Notes: generated from the sequence alone by a model not told the origin. Positions 27,869 through 38,337 are shown, counted from the first letter of the stretch. The stretch is DNA of 64,000 bases from Cellvibrionaceae bacterium (GCA_045430295.1 JAILXX010000005.1:110893-174892); one strand, 5' to 3'. A program made the numbers and translations.

Positions 27869-29278
27869 CTACTGGACGTGCTCAGCCTTTAGTTTGCGAG
27901 TGAGGGTGTTGCGACCCCATCCCAGTAATTGCGCTGCATCTTGTTTGCGGCCACCGGTATGGGCCAAGGCGGCGTCGATTAAGATCTGCTCAAACTCTTT
28001 TTCTGCACGAGTCAGAATTTGTGTTTCGCCACTTTGCAGGGCGTTGTCCGCCCAGAAGCGAAGTGCAGTGCGCCAGTCGCGGTGATTCACTTCTTGTACT
28101 TCACCTTCCAATAAATCTGGCGGTAGGTCGTTGCGGTGAATTTCACGGCTGGAAGCCATCACAGTGAGCCAGCGACAGAGGTTTTCCAGTTGACGTACGT
28201 TGCCAGGCCAATTTAATTGCATCAGGTAATCGGCGGTTTCTTGGGTAAGTACCTTGGTCTCTACCGCCAACTCTTTCGCGGCGCGTTGTAGGAAGTGGTC
28301 TGCCAGTGCTGGTACGTCTTCTTTACGCTCAGCCAGTGCGGGTAGTTGCACACGGATGACATTCAAGCGGTGGAATAAATCTTCCCGGAAACGGTGGTCT
28401 TCTACTAGCTTCTCCAGGTTTTGGTGGGTGGCAGCGATAATTCGTACATCCACTTTTACTGCGGTGTGGCCACCTACACGATAAAACTCGCCGTCTGCTA
28501 ATACCCGCAATAATCGGGTTTGGGCTTCCATTGGCATATCGCCAATTTCATCCAAAAATAGGGTGCCACCATTGGCTTGTTCAAAACGGCCCTGGCGCTG
28601 CTGGTTTGCACCGGTGAAGGCCCCTTTTTCATGACCAAATAATTCAGATTCAATCAGTTCTTTGGGGATCGCACCCATGTTTAGTGCGATAAAGGATTCG
28701 CTCGCACGAGGGCTATGGGCGTGAAGAGCTTTAGCGACAAGCTCTTTACCTGTACCGGATGGGCCATTGATCAGTACGTTGACACTGCTGTGAGACAGGC
28801 GGCCAATGGCGCGGAAGACTTCCTGCATGGCAGGGGCTTCACCAATAATCAGGGTGTCGTCATCTTTTTGCTCAATGGCTGCAGATTTTTGCTGTTCCAG
28901 TGTGTGAGTAATTGCGCGCTGAGTAACTTCTACGGCTTCGTTAATATCGAAGGGTTTTGGCAGGTATTCAAAGGCACCGCCTTGGTATGCATTTACAGCA
29001 CTGTCTAAATCCGAGTGGGCAGTGGTGATAATAACGGGTAGCTCGGGGATACGCTGATGAATGGCATTGAGTAGGGTGAGGCCGTCCATCCCGGGCATGC
29101 GGATGTCGCTAATAATTACGTCGGGTTGCTCACTGTCAATGGCGCGAAGGGCGCTGTCGGCATCACTGAAGCTTCGGGTATTAAATTTTGCCAATTGCAG
29201 GGATTTTTCCAACACCCAGCGAATGCTTTGGTCGTCGTCAACAATCCAAACGCTGTAGTTGCCGGTGGCGGTGTTCAT
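27869..29278 (-). CDS. ntrC: Nitrogen regulation protein NR(I), sigma-54-dependent response regulator
   Basis: REC domain, then AAA+ with 'GPSGTGKE' and 'GAFTGA', then a C-terminal Fis-type HTH. ATGA-type 4-nt overlap with ntrB. Confidence 0.93.
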   Translation of the reverse strand: MNTATGNYSVWIVDDDQSIRWVLEKSLQLAKFNTRSFSDADSALRAIDSEQPDVIISDIRMPGMDGLTLLNAIHQRIPELPVIITTAHSDLDSAVNAYQGGAFEYLPKPFDINEAVEVTQRAITHTLEQQKSAAIEQKDDDTLIIGEAPAMQEVFRAIGRLSHSSVNVLINGPSGTGKELVAKALHAHSPRASESFIALNMGAIPKELIESELFGHEKGAFTGANQQRQGRFEQANGGTLFLDEIGDMPMEAQTRLLRVLADGEFYRVGGHTAVKVDVRIIAATHQNLEKLVEDHRFREDLFHRLNVIRVQLPALAERKEDVPALADHFLQRAAKELAVETKVLTQETADYLMQLNWPGNVRQLENLCRWLTVMASSREIHRNDLPPDLLEGEVQEVNHRDWRTALRFWADNALQSGETQILTRAEKEFEQILIDAALAHTGGRKQDAAQLLGWGRNTLTRKLKAEHVQ

Positions 29279-30429
29279 AAGTGAGCTCCGTTAGTTTGAG
29301 GGAGCGACTCGGTAGCTTTTGCGTCGCTCATAGGGAGGTAAATATCAAAGCAGGCGCCCTCTGGTGAGTTGTCGAACTCAAGCAGTCCACCGTGTTGATG
29401 TACGATGGATTGGGTAATAGATAGCCCTAGGCCTGTGCCTTGAGGCCTACCGCTTACCATGGGCAAAAATAGGCTGTCGAGAATTGCGTCGGGAATGCCA
29501 GGGCCGTTGTCTTCAACACTGATATGACAGACGATCGGGTGTTGAATATCCCCGATGGTGAAGCTGTTCATGATGCGGGTGCGCAGCATGATTTTTGGGT
29601 TTTCACTGTGATACTCCTGGAGTGCCTGCATAGCATTGCGAGCCAGGTTGAGGATGGCTTGAATAAGCGGGTCTTCGTGAAGAGGGAAATCGGGGATGCT
29701 GGGGTCGTAATCGCGAACTAACTCGATATCGTCTCCCACTTCGGCGCTAATGAGTGTGGCGACCCGTTCCAGTACCATGTGAATGTTAATTTCTTTCGCC
29801 GCTTGTGCTTTGTGGGGGGTGTTTAACCTCTCTACTAGCGCACGAAGACGATCTGCCTCGGCAACGATAACATCGGAAATTTCTCTGATGGTTGGGTCAT
29901 CGCTTTGGTGGGTGAGTAGCTGTGCCGCACCGCGAATCCCTCCAAGGGGGTTTTTAATTTCGTGTGCAAGACCGCGAGTCATTGCTTGGGCCGCGTCTTG
30001 AATGGCTACTCGCTGTTTTTCGTTGCCAATTCGGATCTTGCGGTCCAGTGGCCATATTTCTAGCAAGATGCCGGTTTGTTCGCCCATGACCAGTGGCGAT
30101 GCGGTGATATCCGCAGTGGCGGTTTTTCCTGGGAACAGTTTCCAGCGAACTTCACGCAGAGAGTAGCTGTGGTCTTCTTCGTAGCTGTCTTCCAGGGCTA
30201 TTTTAGTAGCTTGGTGGTGGCCCACTAGGTCTAGGAAGTTCTGACCGCAGGCTTGATGGTGGCTGCAGGCTAGGTGGCTTTCGGCGGCAGGGTTGAGGTA
30301 GTGAACCGAGTAATCTTCGTTGAGAATGACAATGGCAGTGCTTTGCTCATCCAGCAGGCGATTAGCAAAGTTACCAAGCTTTTCGCTAGGACTGCTGTGA
30401 GGTTGGAGTGTGAAGGGTGTGGATGCCAT
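29275..30429 (-). CDS. ntrB: Nitrogen regulation sensor histidine kinase NR(II)
   Basis: PAS domain, H-box 'GLAHEIKNPLGGIRGAAQLL', N-box and G-boxes 'DNGPGI' and 'GTGLGL'. Confidence 0.92.
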   Translation of the reverse strand: MASTPFTLQPHSSPSEKLGNFANRLLDEQSTAIVILNEDYSVHYLNPAAESHLACSHHQACGQNFLDLVGHHQATKIALEDSYEEDHSYSLREVRWKLFPGKTATADITASPLVMGEQTGILLEIWPLDRKIRIGNEKQRVAIQDAAQAMTRGLAHEIKNPLGGIRGAAQLLTHQSDDPTIREISDVIVAEADRLRALVERLNTPHKAQAAKEINIHMVLERVATLISAEVGDDIELVRDYDPSIPDFPLHEDPLIQAILNLARNAMQALQEYHSENPKIMLRTRIMNSFTIGDIQHPIVCHISVEDNGPGIPDAILDSLFLPMVSGRPQGTGLGLSITQSIVHQHGGLLEFDNSPEGACFDIYLPMSDAKATESLPQTNGAHL

Positions 30430-30617
30430 GAGTGTCTTCTATTGGTGAGCAGCCGATTTGCACCTCGATGCCTCAATAGGCTCTATTCAGTGGTGCAGAT
30501 TGGAAGCTCGGGGTTCTAATCTTTTCAATGGATTCCCTATCGCAAAAATGGGGCCAAGTTGGAAAAGGGAAAAACGGCGCTATTTGCAGGTTTTTGGGGC
30601 GACTTAAGAATAGTGTA

Positions 30618-30663
30618 GCACTAATATGGTGCGCTAGAGTATAGGTGTGCGCTACTTTGGTGC
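30618..30663. promoter_or_regulatory. Two tandem NtrC-type binding sites upstream of ntrB
   Basis: aGCACTAATATGGTGCg (30618-30632) and TGCGCTACTTTGGTGC (30648-30663), against the consensus TGCACC-N5-GGTGCA. Confidence 0.55.
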
Positions 30664-30708
30664 TTTTCCGGGGTGGGGCTATCAGTCAAATTGAGCCGGT
30701 ATTAAAAT

Positions 30709-31212
30709 CTAACCGCCAGTTCGAAAGTGGCGCTTGATGTGAACAGTGATAGAGGAGCTTTTGGCGAGGGCTTTTTTGTTCTTGTCATAAGCGACGGCTT
30801 GAAGGGTGTAGCTGCCTCGGTCGAGGTTCGTAAAATTAAAAGTTCCAGGTTGGCCAGATTTTTTAGTGACTCCGTTGAAGGTAAGGTCCATGCGGGCTCC
30901 GGGAGGGAGCTTAGGGTTGCTATGTACTACTACACTTAGGTTCCCGCCAGTTATGACAGAGTCGTTGGTCGGGCTGGAGATATGGAGGGTGTAAGCCTGC
31001 TGAGCTTTCTCTTGTTGTTTGGGGCGTGATTTAAATTTAACTGCAGGTTGTTGGTTAATGGAGGGCAGGTCTACTTTTTCAGCTTGCTGGGTCGGTGTGG
31101 GAACATTGGTATACACCACATTACCGTGCTCGTCGGTGGTTTTGTAAATCTCCGCAAGGCATAGGCTTGCAGTGAGAGTCAGGGCGAGAAGGGCGCTAAT
31201 ACGTTGTAGCAT
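30709..31212 (-). CDS. DUF4124-type secreted protein
   Basis: Signal peptide followed by 'IYKTTDEHGNVVYTNVP', the hallmark DUF4124 N-terminal motif. Confidence 0.7.
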   Translation of the reverse strand: MLQRISALLALTLTASLCLAEIYKTTDEHGNVVYTNVPTPTQQAEKVDLPSINQQPAVKFKSRPKQQEKAQQAYTLHISSPTNDSVITGGNLSVVVHSNPKLPPGARMDLTFNGVTKKSGQPGTFNFTNLDRGSYTLQAVAYDKNKKALAKSSSITVHIKRHFRTGG

Positions 31213-31316
31213 GGAGTACCTCGAAAAGGGCTTTTTTTAATAATAGCACGGTGGTGGGGAGTATCATTTTGAGTGCTCTCACTGCTTAGAGTTCTCTTCC
31301 TTAAGCCATAAAAAAA

Positions 31317-31340
31317 GGCCGCGAAATGCGGCCTTTTTTT
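31317..31340 (-). terminator. glnA rho-independent terminator (bidirectional)
   Basis: ggccgc-gaaat-gcggcc flanked by A7 and T7. Confidence 0.8.
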
Positions 31341-31356
31341 GATAGTGCTATAGCGA

Positions 31357-32763
31357 TTAAACGCTGTAGTACAAGTCGAACTCAACTGGGTGAGTCGTGT
31401 GCTCAACGCGGTATACGTCTTCCATTTTCAGGTCGATGTAAGCGTCGATCATGTCGTCGGTGAATACACCGCCGGCAGTCAAGAACTCACGGTCTGCAGA
31501 CAGGCAATCCAACGCTTCGCGCAGAGAGCCGGCAACTTGTGGGATCTCAGCTGCTTCTTCAGCAGGTAGGTCGTACAAGTCTTTGTCAGCAGCATCGCCA
31601 GGGTGAATCTTGTTCTTAACACCGTCAAGGCCGGCCATCAGCATAGCTGCGAAACACAGGTATGGGTTGGCAATTGGGTCAGCGAAGCGTGCTTCGATAC
31701 GCTTGCCTTTAGGAGAGGCAACGTAAGGAATGCGGATAGACGCTGAACGGTTGCGGGCAGAGTAAGCCAGCATAACCGGAGCTTCGAAACCAGGGATCAA
31801 GCGCTTGTAAGAGTTGGTGCCTGGGTTAGAGAAAGCGTTGATAGCTTTAGCGTGCTTGATGATACCGCCAATGTAGTACAGGGCAGTTTCAGACAGGCCT
31901 GCATAGCTGTCACCGGCAAATTGGTTTTCGCCATCTTTCCAGAAAGACTGGTGAACGTGCATGCCAGAACCGTTGTCGCCAACGATTGGCTTAGGCATGA
32001 AGGTAGCTGTTTTACCGTAAGCGTGAGCCACGTTGTGTACACAGTACTTCAGGATTTGAACTTCGTCAGCTTTCGATACCATGGTGTTGAACTTAACACC
32101 GATCTCACACTGACCAGCAGTACCCACTTCGTGGTGGTGTACTTCTACGTCCAGGCCCATTTGCTCCATGGCAGAACACATGGCAGCACGCAGGTCGTGC
32201 AGGCTGTCTACTGGAGGTACTGGGAAGTAGCCGCCTTTAACGCGTGGGCGGTGGCCCATGTTGCCGTCGGCGAAGTCGTGACCAGTAGCCCAGTCAGCTT
32301 CTTCTGAGTTGATTTTGTAGAAGGCGCCAGACATGTCTGAGCCCCACTTGATGTCGTCGAATACGAAGAACTCAGGCTCTGGACCGAAGAATGCGGTGTC
32401 GCCTAGGCCAGTTGACTTCAAGAACTCTTCTGCGCGCTTGGCAACAGAGCGTGGGTCACGCTCGTAGCCTTGCATAGTAGCTGGCTCGATGATGTCACAG
32501 CGAACGATAACGGTAGGCTCGTCGGTGAATGGGTCCAGAATGGCAGTGCTGTCGTCTGGCATCAGAATCATGTCGGATTCGTTAATACCCTTCCAGCCGG
32601 CAATAGAAGAGCCGTCGAACATTTGTCCGTCTTCGAAGAAGTCGTCGCCAACTTCTTTAGCAGGGATAGAAACGTGCTGCTCTTTACCTTTAGTGTCGGT
32701 GAAGCGCAGATCAACCCAGCGAGCTTCGCTTTCTTTGATCAGGTTGAGAGTTTTTTCAGACAT
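31357..32763 (-). CDS. glnA: Glutamine synthetase, type I
   Basis: 468 aa with classic GSI motifs. The adenylylation-site context 'KDLYDLP' is present. Confidence 0.97.
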   Translation of the reverse strand: MSEKTLNLIKESEARWVDLRFTDTKGKEQHVSIPAKEVGDDFFEDGQMFDGSSIAGWKGINESDMILMPDDSTAILDPFTDEPTVIVRCDIIEPATMQGYERDPRSVAKRAEEFLKSTGLGDTAFFGPEPEFFVFDDIKWGSDMSGAFYKINSEEADWATGHDFADGNMGHRPRVKGGYFPVPPVDSLHDLRAAMCSAMEQMGLDVEVHHHEVGTAGQCEIGVKFNTMVSKADEVQILKYCVHNVAHAYGKTATFMPKPIVGDNGSGMHVHQSFWKDGENQFAGDSYAGLSETALYYIGGIIKHAKAINAFSNPGTNSYKRLIPGFEAPVMLAYSARNRSASIRIPYVASPKGKRIEARFADPIANPYLCFAAMLMAGLDGVKNKIHPGDAADKDLYDLPAEEAAEIPQVAGSLREALDCLSADREFLTAGGVFTDDMIDAYIDLKMEDVYRVEHTTHPVEFDLYYSV

Positions 32764-32858
32764 GCTGAGTCTCCTAGTTGTGTCGTAGTCAGTCTAATTT
32801 TTAGTCTTTTTCCCCCTGCAGAGAGGTTCTGTAGGAGAGAATAGCGTGCCTCAAATAA

Positions 32859-32874
32859 GGCAAACTTTATGCCT
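32859..32874 (-). promoter_or_regulatory. Sigma-54 promoter of glnA
   Basis: The minus strand reads aaGGCATaaagtTTGCc, with correct GG-N10-GC spacing, about 95 nt upstream of the glnA ATG. Confidence 0.7.
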
Positions 32875-32958
32875 TTTAATCCAACCCATTGATTTATAAA
32901 GGCAAAATATTTCGGGGGAGGCTGGGGCCTCGAAAAAGGGCCTTTTTTTACAGTTTCT

Positions 32959-32974
32959 TGCACTATTTTGGTGC
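32959..32974. promoter_or_regulatory. NtrC enhancer site upstream of glnA
   Basis: TGCACTATTTTGGTGC, a near-perfect TGCACC-N5-GGTGCA, about 90 bp upstream of the sigma-54 promoter. Confidence 0.65.
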
Positions 32975-33192
32975 TTTGCCTGGTGGCTGAACTGGAAAAA
33001 TACAATCCGCCCGAAAATGGGGCGAGAACAATAACATATTCACAATGACAATTGCGCGTACAAAATAGGGGTACAAAAGCGTGTTTGTGGGGGATGTCAC
33101 TAAGGTATGAGTAAGGGCAAGGCGGGGCCTTACCCTGCTGTCGCTAAATTCTACCTACCAGGCGCTCAGTTGATGTTGGTAATAGGATTGAG

Positions 33193-34029
33193 CTAGCGTA
33201 AGCGTATAGAGTCTTTTTCTAAGCTAATGAGTTTCTGTTTATAAAGCCCGCCCAGTGCTTTTTTGTAGGCGCCTTTACTGACATTAAATACTCGCTTGAT
33301 GGCTTCGGGGGTGCTCTTGTCGGTAAGTGTACTCATGCCCCCCTGGGATTTGAGGTGATCAAGGATGCACTGGGATAGCTCATCCCGTTGTGCGCGGGCG
33401 GTGGGTGGTTCAGACAGTGTTAAGTCCACCTTTTGATCCCGGCGGACAGCCTTTACCCAGCCCTGTAGCTTGTCGCCAGGGGCGATGGCTTGATCCACAT
33501 CTTCATTGTGAATCACGCCAAGGTGGGTGCCATTTATCACAGCTTTGTAGCCAAGGCGGGTCCGGCTCCAGATCATCAAATCTACTGCCTGGCGTGGTTT
33601 GAGGTAGGTAGCGTCTTCACTCAAGAATTTATGCAGCTTGGTACTGGCTGCCACGCGGTCGGTAATGGGGTCTAGGTATACATAGACTACGTAGAAACGT
33701 TCTTCTTCTAGGGGGACTCGCTGCTGAGAGAAAGGCACTAGCAAGTCTTTACCTAAGCCCCAGTTCAGAAAGGCGCCCACTTGGTTAACTGCGGAGACTT
33801 GTAATAATGCGCACTCGCCAACGGTTGCCAATGGCTCCTCGGTAGTTGCGACAAGCAAATCATCGGTATCTGTGTAGATAAAGACATCGACGCTATCGCC
33901 CACCTGGCAGTCATCAGGTACGTATCTCAATGGCAGCAGAATTTCGCCTTGCACGCCGCCGTCGAGATAAACCCCAAAGTCAGTTTCTTTGATTACCGTG
34001 AGGGTGTTGAATTTACCGATCTCAGCCAT
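33193..34029 (-). CDS. S1 RNA-binding-domain protein (CvfB/YitL-like)
   Basis: I prefer the ATG at 34029 (MAEIGKFNTLTVIKETDFGVYLDGG...). Repeated S1-like modules, then a C-terminal winged-helix-like 'KGAYKKALGGLYK'. Confidence 0.75.
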   Translation of the reverse strand: MAEIGKFNTLTVIKETDFGVYLDGGVQGEILLPLRYVPDDCQVGDSVDVFIYTDTDDLLVATTEEPLATVGECALLQVSAVNQVGAFLNWGLGKDLLVPFSQQRVPLEEERFYVVYVYLDPITDRVAASTKLHKFLSEDATYLKPRQAVDLMIWSRTRLGYKAVINGTHLGVIHNEDVDQAIAPGDKLQGWVKAVRRDQKVDLTLSEPPTARAQRDELSQCILDHLKSQGGMSTLTDKSTPEAIKRVFNVSKGAYKKALGGLYKQKLISLEKDSIRLR

Positions 34030-34131
34030 TGGGGTGCTCGTATGGAGGTGAATAAAAATTAAATTGTACCTTGTTATGCAGCAAAAAGTCGGTACATTCT
34101 CGGTCCGAACCAAAAATATCGGATTTTCATT

Positions 34132-34968
34132 ATGGAGAAATCCATCCTTATTACAGGCTGCTCTTCAGGGATAGGGTACTTTGTTGCTCATGAGCTGCAA
34201 AAAAGTGGTTATCGAGTCTTTGCTACCGCGCGAAAAGCAGAAGATGTAGAAAAACTTTCTGCGGAAGGTTTAAGCGCGTACCCGCTTGATTTAGATGATT
34301 CGCACTCCATTCGTAGTGGTTTGGATTGGGTGTTATCGCAAACGGGCGGCACACTGTTCGCGTTATTTAATAATGGTGCTTATGGTCAGCCTGGTGCGGT
34401 GGAAGATTTAACCCGAGAGGCCTTGCGCAAACAATTTGAAACCAATTTTTTCGGCACGCAAGAGCTAACCAATTTGGTTTTACCTGTGATGCGGAAACAA
34501 GGTTATGGCCGAATTATTCACAATAGTTCTGTTTTGGGTTTTGCAGCCATGGCCTATCGAGGCGCTTATAACGCCAGTAAATTTGCGTTAGAAGGCTTAA
34601 CGGATACATTGCGGCTTGAATTGGCTGACGAAAAAAATATTCACATCTCGCTGATAGAGCCTGGGCCAATTCTTAGTCGTTTTCGTGGGAATGCTCTGCA
34701 GGCGTTAACAAAAAATATTGATATTGAACACTCTGTTCACAGAGAAAAATATAAAGGCGCTATTGCGCGTTTAAGTAAAGAAGGGGCTGTATCGGCTTTT
34801 ACCTTAGGGCCAGAAGCGGTGTTAAGTCGAGTGGTTCATGCCCTTGAAAATCCTAAGCCAAAAGCTCGGTATTATGTGACCAAGCCGACCTATGCGTTTG
34901 CCTTCTTAAAACGTTTATTACCCATTAGTTGGTTAGATAAAATATTACTGGCGGCTGGGAAAGATTAG
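34132..34968 (+). CDS. Short-chain dehydrogenase/reductase (SDR)
   Basis: 'TGCSSGIG', 'NNGA', catalytic 'YNASK'. Confidence 0.85.
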   Translation: MEKSILITGCSSGIGYFVAHELQKSGYRVFATARKAEDVEKLSAEGLSAYPLDLDDSHSIRSGLDWVLSQTGGTLFALFNNGAYGQPGAVEDLTREALRKQFETNFFGTQELTNLVLPVMRKQGYGRIIHNSSVLGFAAMAYRGAYNASKFALEGLTDTLRLELADEKNIHISLIEPGPILSRFRGNALQALTKNIDIEHSVHREKYKGAIARLSKEGAVSAFTLGPEAVLSRVVHALENPKPKARYYVTKPTYAFAFLKRLLPISWLDKILLAAGKD

Positions 34969-35021
34969 TTAGCTAGATATTCAATTTAAAGTTAGAACTC
35001 ACCTTGGAGTGTTAAGTTTTT

Positions 35022-35930
35022 ATGTGGTTTAAAAACCTTCAAATTTATCGTTTAACCCGCCCTTTGGATTTGTCTCCCGAAGAGTTATCAGAAAAGCTCG
35101 CAGAACAGGCTTTTGTGCCTTGTGGGAGTCATGAGCAAATGAAAGTAGGTTGGGTTCCACCTATTGAAGGTGGAGGTGATTTTATTCATGCCGCCAACGG
35201 TTACATGATGTTCTGCCAGAAGCGCCAAGAAAAAATTGTGCCTGCGCAAGTCATCAACGAAGAAGTTGCTGAGCAAGTCCAAACCATTAGCGAGCGAGAT
35301 GGCCGCAATGTGAGTAAAAAAGAGCAGCGGGATTTAAAAGACGAAGCTTTGTTTTCATTGTTGCCAAAAGCTTTTTCCCGGTCGCGCTTGCAGTACGCGT
35401 ATATTGATATCAAAAATAATTACGTGGTGGTTAATGTTGCCTCAGCGAGTCGTGCCGAGGAGATGCTGACTGCCTTGCGAGAGACGCTAGGTAGCCTGCC
35501 GGTTATTCCACTGGCGGCTAAAAATGTGCCTCAGCAGGTGATGACGGGTTGGTTAAAAGAGCGTGTCGATCCTGAAACCTTTGAATTGGGGCATGAGTGT
35601 GAGCTGCAAGATCTTGGCGGCGAAGGCGGCATTATTCGGTGTAAATATCAGGATTTGAAGTCCACAGAAATTAACCAGCACCTTTTAGCCGGTATGGTGG
35701 TGAATAAGGTGGGCTTACTGTCCGAGCGGGGGGTGCAGTGCGTGGTAGATCATCAATTGTCTGTAAAGAGCCTGAAATTTAGTGATGTTATTCAAGACAA
35801 AGCGGGAGATGTGGAGGCTGAAACGGCGGCGGAGCAGTTTGATATTGATTTCTGCATTATGACGGAAGAGTTAGCGGTACTCATTTTCAGTTTGGTGGCT
35901 GCTTTTGGCGGGATGCAGCAGGAAGGCTAG
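35022..35930 (+). CDS. rdgC: Recombination-associated protein RdgC
   Basis: 'MWFKNLQIYRL' N-terminus, about 300 aa, typical RdgC. Confidence 0.92.
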   Translation: MWFKNLQIYRLTRPLDLSPEELSEKLAEQAFVPCGSHEQMKVGWVPPIEGGGDFIHAANGYMMFCQKRQEKIVPAQVINEEVAEQVQTISERDGRNVSKKEQRDLKDEALFSLLPKAFSRSRLQYAYIDIKNNYVVVNVASASRAEEMLTALRETLGSLPVIPLAAKNVPQQVMTGWLKERVDPETFELGHECELQDLGGEGGIIRCKYQDLKSTEINQHLLAGMVVNKVGLLSERGVQCVVDHQLSVKSLKFSDVIQDKAGDVEAETAAEQFDIDFCIMTEELAVLIFSLVAAFGGMQQEG

Positions 35931-36072
35931 ATAACTCTCAATAGTCTACCCACCCTCACGATGTTGAATATCGCGCCAATGTAAGATAAGGTAGCCTGGT
36001 TGTTTTTTGTTCAGGTCTTGGCAGGAACCGGCCTTGTGTGCCTTGAGCACTGATATTGAGATGGAGTGAGTG

Positions 36073-36498
36073 ATGGAAGCATTAAATCCAAGCCTTGTGG
36101 AGAACACGTTAAAGATCAGAGATCGATCCAGCGTGAAAAAAACCTTTAGCCAAAGGGATGTAGAACTGTTTGCCAACTTATCTGGTGATGTGAATCCGGT
36201 GCACCTAGATGAAGATATTGCTACAGAGTCGATTTTTAAGGCGCGGGTGGTTCACGGTATGTTGGTGGCCAGTTTGTTTTCCACCATTATTGGTACTCAA
36301 ATGCCAGGGCCGGGAGCCATTTATCTGGGGCAGAATTTGAAATTTAAAGCGCCAGTTTTTTTGGGTGAAGAAGTTGAGGCAATTCTGGAGGTTGTGAGTA
36401 TCCGTAAGGATAAACCCATTGCGACGTTAAAAGCAGTGTGTAGAAAGCAAGACGGCACTGTGGTGATTGAGGGTGAGGCTGTTGTTTTACTCCCTTGA
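36073..36498 (+). CDS. MaoC-like (R)-specific enoyl-CoA hydratase
   Basis: Hot-dog fold motif 'SGDVNPVHLDE' and 'VVHGML'. ATG at 36073, 6 nt after GGAG. Confidence 0.8.
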   Translation: MEALNPSLVENTLKIRDRSSVKKTFSQRDVELFANLSGDVNPVHLDEDIATESIFKARVVHGMLVASLFSTIIGTQMPGPGAIYLGQNLKFKAPVFLGEEVEAILEVVSIRKDKPIATLKAVCRKQDGTVVIEGEAVVLLP

Positions 36499-36520
36499 TA
36501 GCTGAACTTTTCTACAAAAA

Positions 36521-36545
36521 AGCCCGCGAATTCGCGGGCTTTTTT
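36521..36545. terminator. Bidirectional terminator
   Basis: agcccgcgaa/ttcgcgggct is a perfect palindrome flanked by A6 and T6. Confidence 0.85.
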
Positions 36546-36572
36546 GTTTGTGTTTTGCAAGTCGTCGTTGCT

Positions 36573-38048
36573 TTAATTCTTGTCAATAGTTTCTGGTATT
36601 GGCTGCTTCTGGGAGGTAAAACGGCTATAAACTAGAACCAGCAAATAAAAACCGAAGGAGAGTAATATGGCTTGGGCGCTTGAAACCGCAGGGTTGTAAA
36701 CACCGCCGAAGAAGGTGAAGTATAGGTGACCAACAACACCAATGAGCGCGCAGCCAAACATGCCGTAGGTGTTGACATTTTTCGGCCCAAAAACACCGAA
36801 GAAAATAGGTACTAAGCTGGCGGCGGCGAGAGCGTAAATTCCTTGTTGTGCAAATAGCCCTACCAATAAAGGCGGATTCCAGGCGACGGCTAAGGCAATC
36901 AAACCAATACCCACGAGAACGACGCGAGAAAGAATCAGACCTCGCTTAGCGTATTGTTCAGGTGATTCTGGTTTCGCAAAGGGATGGTAGATGTCGTTTA
37001 CCGTCATGGCTGATAGGGCAACCAAGATGCCGTCGAGAGTGCTCAGGCCGGCGGCAAGCAAGGTGACAGTGATGAAGACTGAAATGTAGGGCCCAATTGA
37101 GCTATTGGCGAACTCTTGAATTATGTAGTAAGTGACTACTTTATCTTGGGTGGCTTCGACTCCGGAGAGTTTTGCATAGAAGCCAATAAACAGCATAAGG
37201 GTGTAACAGCCACCCACAATAACAGCAGTCCAAATAAATTTGTTTACCGCTTTGTCATCTTTCAAATAAAGTACTTTGGAAAGAATGTGTGGTTGTAACA
37301 TCAGTGCGAAAGTGACCAGGAAGCCACTGGCGAAGACAGAAAAGAAGTTGGTGTAGAGTTTTGAGTCTGGATTGTAAACTTTTGCGTAATTCTCACTCAC
37401 ACTAGCAATGCTGCCAAAAATATCGCCGTTAAAATATTTAAAGCCGTGGAAGAATAAAAAGAGCGCGATGATCAACATCATAATGCCTTGGAAGGCGTTG
37501 GTGTATGCGTGAGCATAAACGCCTCCCATCAATACGTATGAGAATACAAACAGCATACAGGCAACAAGTGCCGCTTTTTGTGAGATGGGGAAGCTTGCAC
37601 TGAGCAGATAAGAACTGCCTACCAAAATCAGTACAACAAAGGTGATTGTCAGTAGATTGGTAAAGGCAAACAACAGGCTTAAGCCACGGTTTTTGTAGCG
37701 GTCGTAAATCCAGCCGGGGATAGTGAGTGAGCCTAAATTGTCACCGCTGGCGCGAAACTTTCTCGTCATCAAAACAATAGCTGCGAAGCTACCCAGTGCA
37801 GCGGCAACACCGTAGTGAAGGTAGGCTGATAGGCCGTCTTGATAAATAAAACCAGGATTAATAACAAACAGTGCGGTACTGGCTGTAGATGATGCCATGG
37901 TGATTCCCACCAAGATAGGGCTCATATCTTTATTGCCGATGGCGAAGCCTTTCATGCTTTTGGCCTTTTTCATCCCTACCCAGGACAGCCAAAAGGTTAA
38001 AGCCATAAAGGAAAAGAGTAATACGTATTTAAAAATCTCTGGTCCCAT
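36573..38048 (-). CDS. Sodium:solute symporter family transporter
   Basis: 491 aa, about 12-13 hydrophobic segments, with Gly/Ala-rich SSF-like helices. Substrate unknown. Confidence 0.7.
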   Translation of the reverse strand: MGPEIFKYVLLFSFMALTFWLSWVGMKKAKSMKGFAIGNKDMSPILVGITMASSTASTALFVINPGFIYQDGLSAYLHYGVAAALGSFAAIVLMTRKFRASGDNLGSLTIPGWIYDRYKNRGLSLLFAFTNLLTITFVVLILVGSSYLLSASFPISQKAALVACMLFVFSYVLMGGVYAHAYTNAFQGIMMLIIALFLFFHGFKYFNGDIFGSIASVSENYAKVYNPDSKLYTNFFSVFASGFLVTFALMLQPHILSKVLYLKDDKAVNKFIWTAVIVGGCYTLMLFIGFYAKLSGVEATQDKVVTYYIIQEFANSSIGPYISVFITVTLLAAGLSTLDGILVALSAMTVNDIYHPFAKPESPEQYAKRGLILSRVVLVGIGLIALAVAWNPPLLVGLFAQQGIYALAAASLVPIFFGVFGPKNVNTYGMFGCALIGVVGHLYFTFFGGVYNPAVSSAQAILLSFGFYLLVLVYSRFTSQKQPIPETIDKN

Positions 38049-38337
38049 TGGGTCCCCCTAACTTATATTGATAATGCTTTATATAACGATGGCTGCAGCC
38101 ATAATTGAATGCCTTTCGCCATGAGTGACCGAGCTGCTAGTAATCTCCGAGATCGACATAGGGATGAGCTGGGCAATTGTAGGCAGCTTGTTAAAAATAC
38201 TCTGAAAATATCAGTTCAGTATTAGTGTAGTAGAAATTCTTTAGAAGTAAATCAGGATAAAAGCTACTGATCGATCGGTTTTGCCGCTATTATGATGGGT
38301 TATTGATTTCTATTTTTCGATAACAGGTGTGCTTACG

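Noticed and set aside
30459-30472. Sigma-54-like sequence GGCATCGAGGTGCA (minus strand) just upstream of ntrB
   Set aside because: The GG to GC spacing is 9 rather than 10 nt, and it lies only about 30 nt from the start codon. I am not confident enough to call it.
33193-34113. Long form (306 aa) of the S1-domain protein
   Set aside because: The first 28 residues (MVRTENVPTFCCITRYNLIFIHLHTSTP) look non-native. The family typically starts at 'M..IG..N.L.V', which corresponds to the ATG at 34029.
35946-36176. 76-aa minus-strand ORF in the rdgC/MaoC gap
   Set aside because: It overlaps the MaoC-like gene start on the opposite strand, and it has no RBS and no motif.
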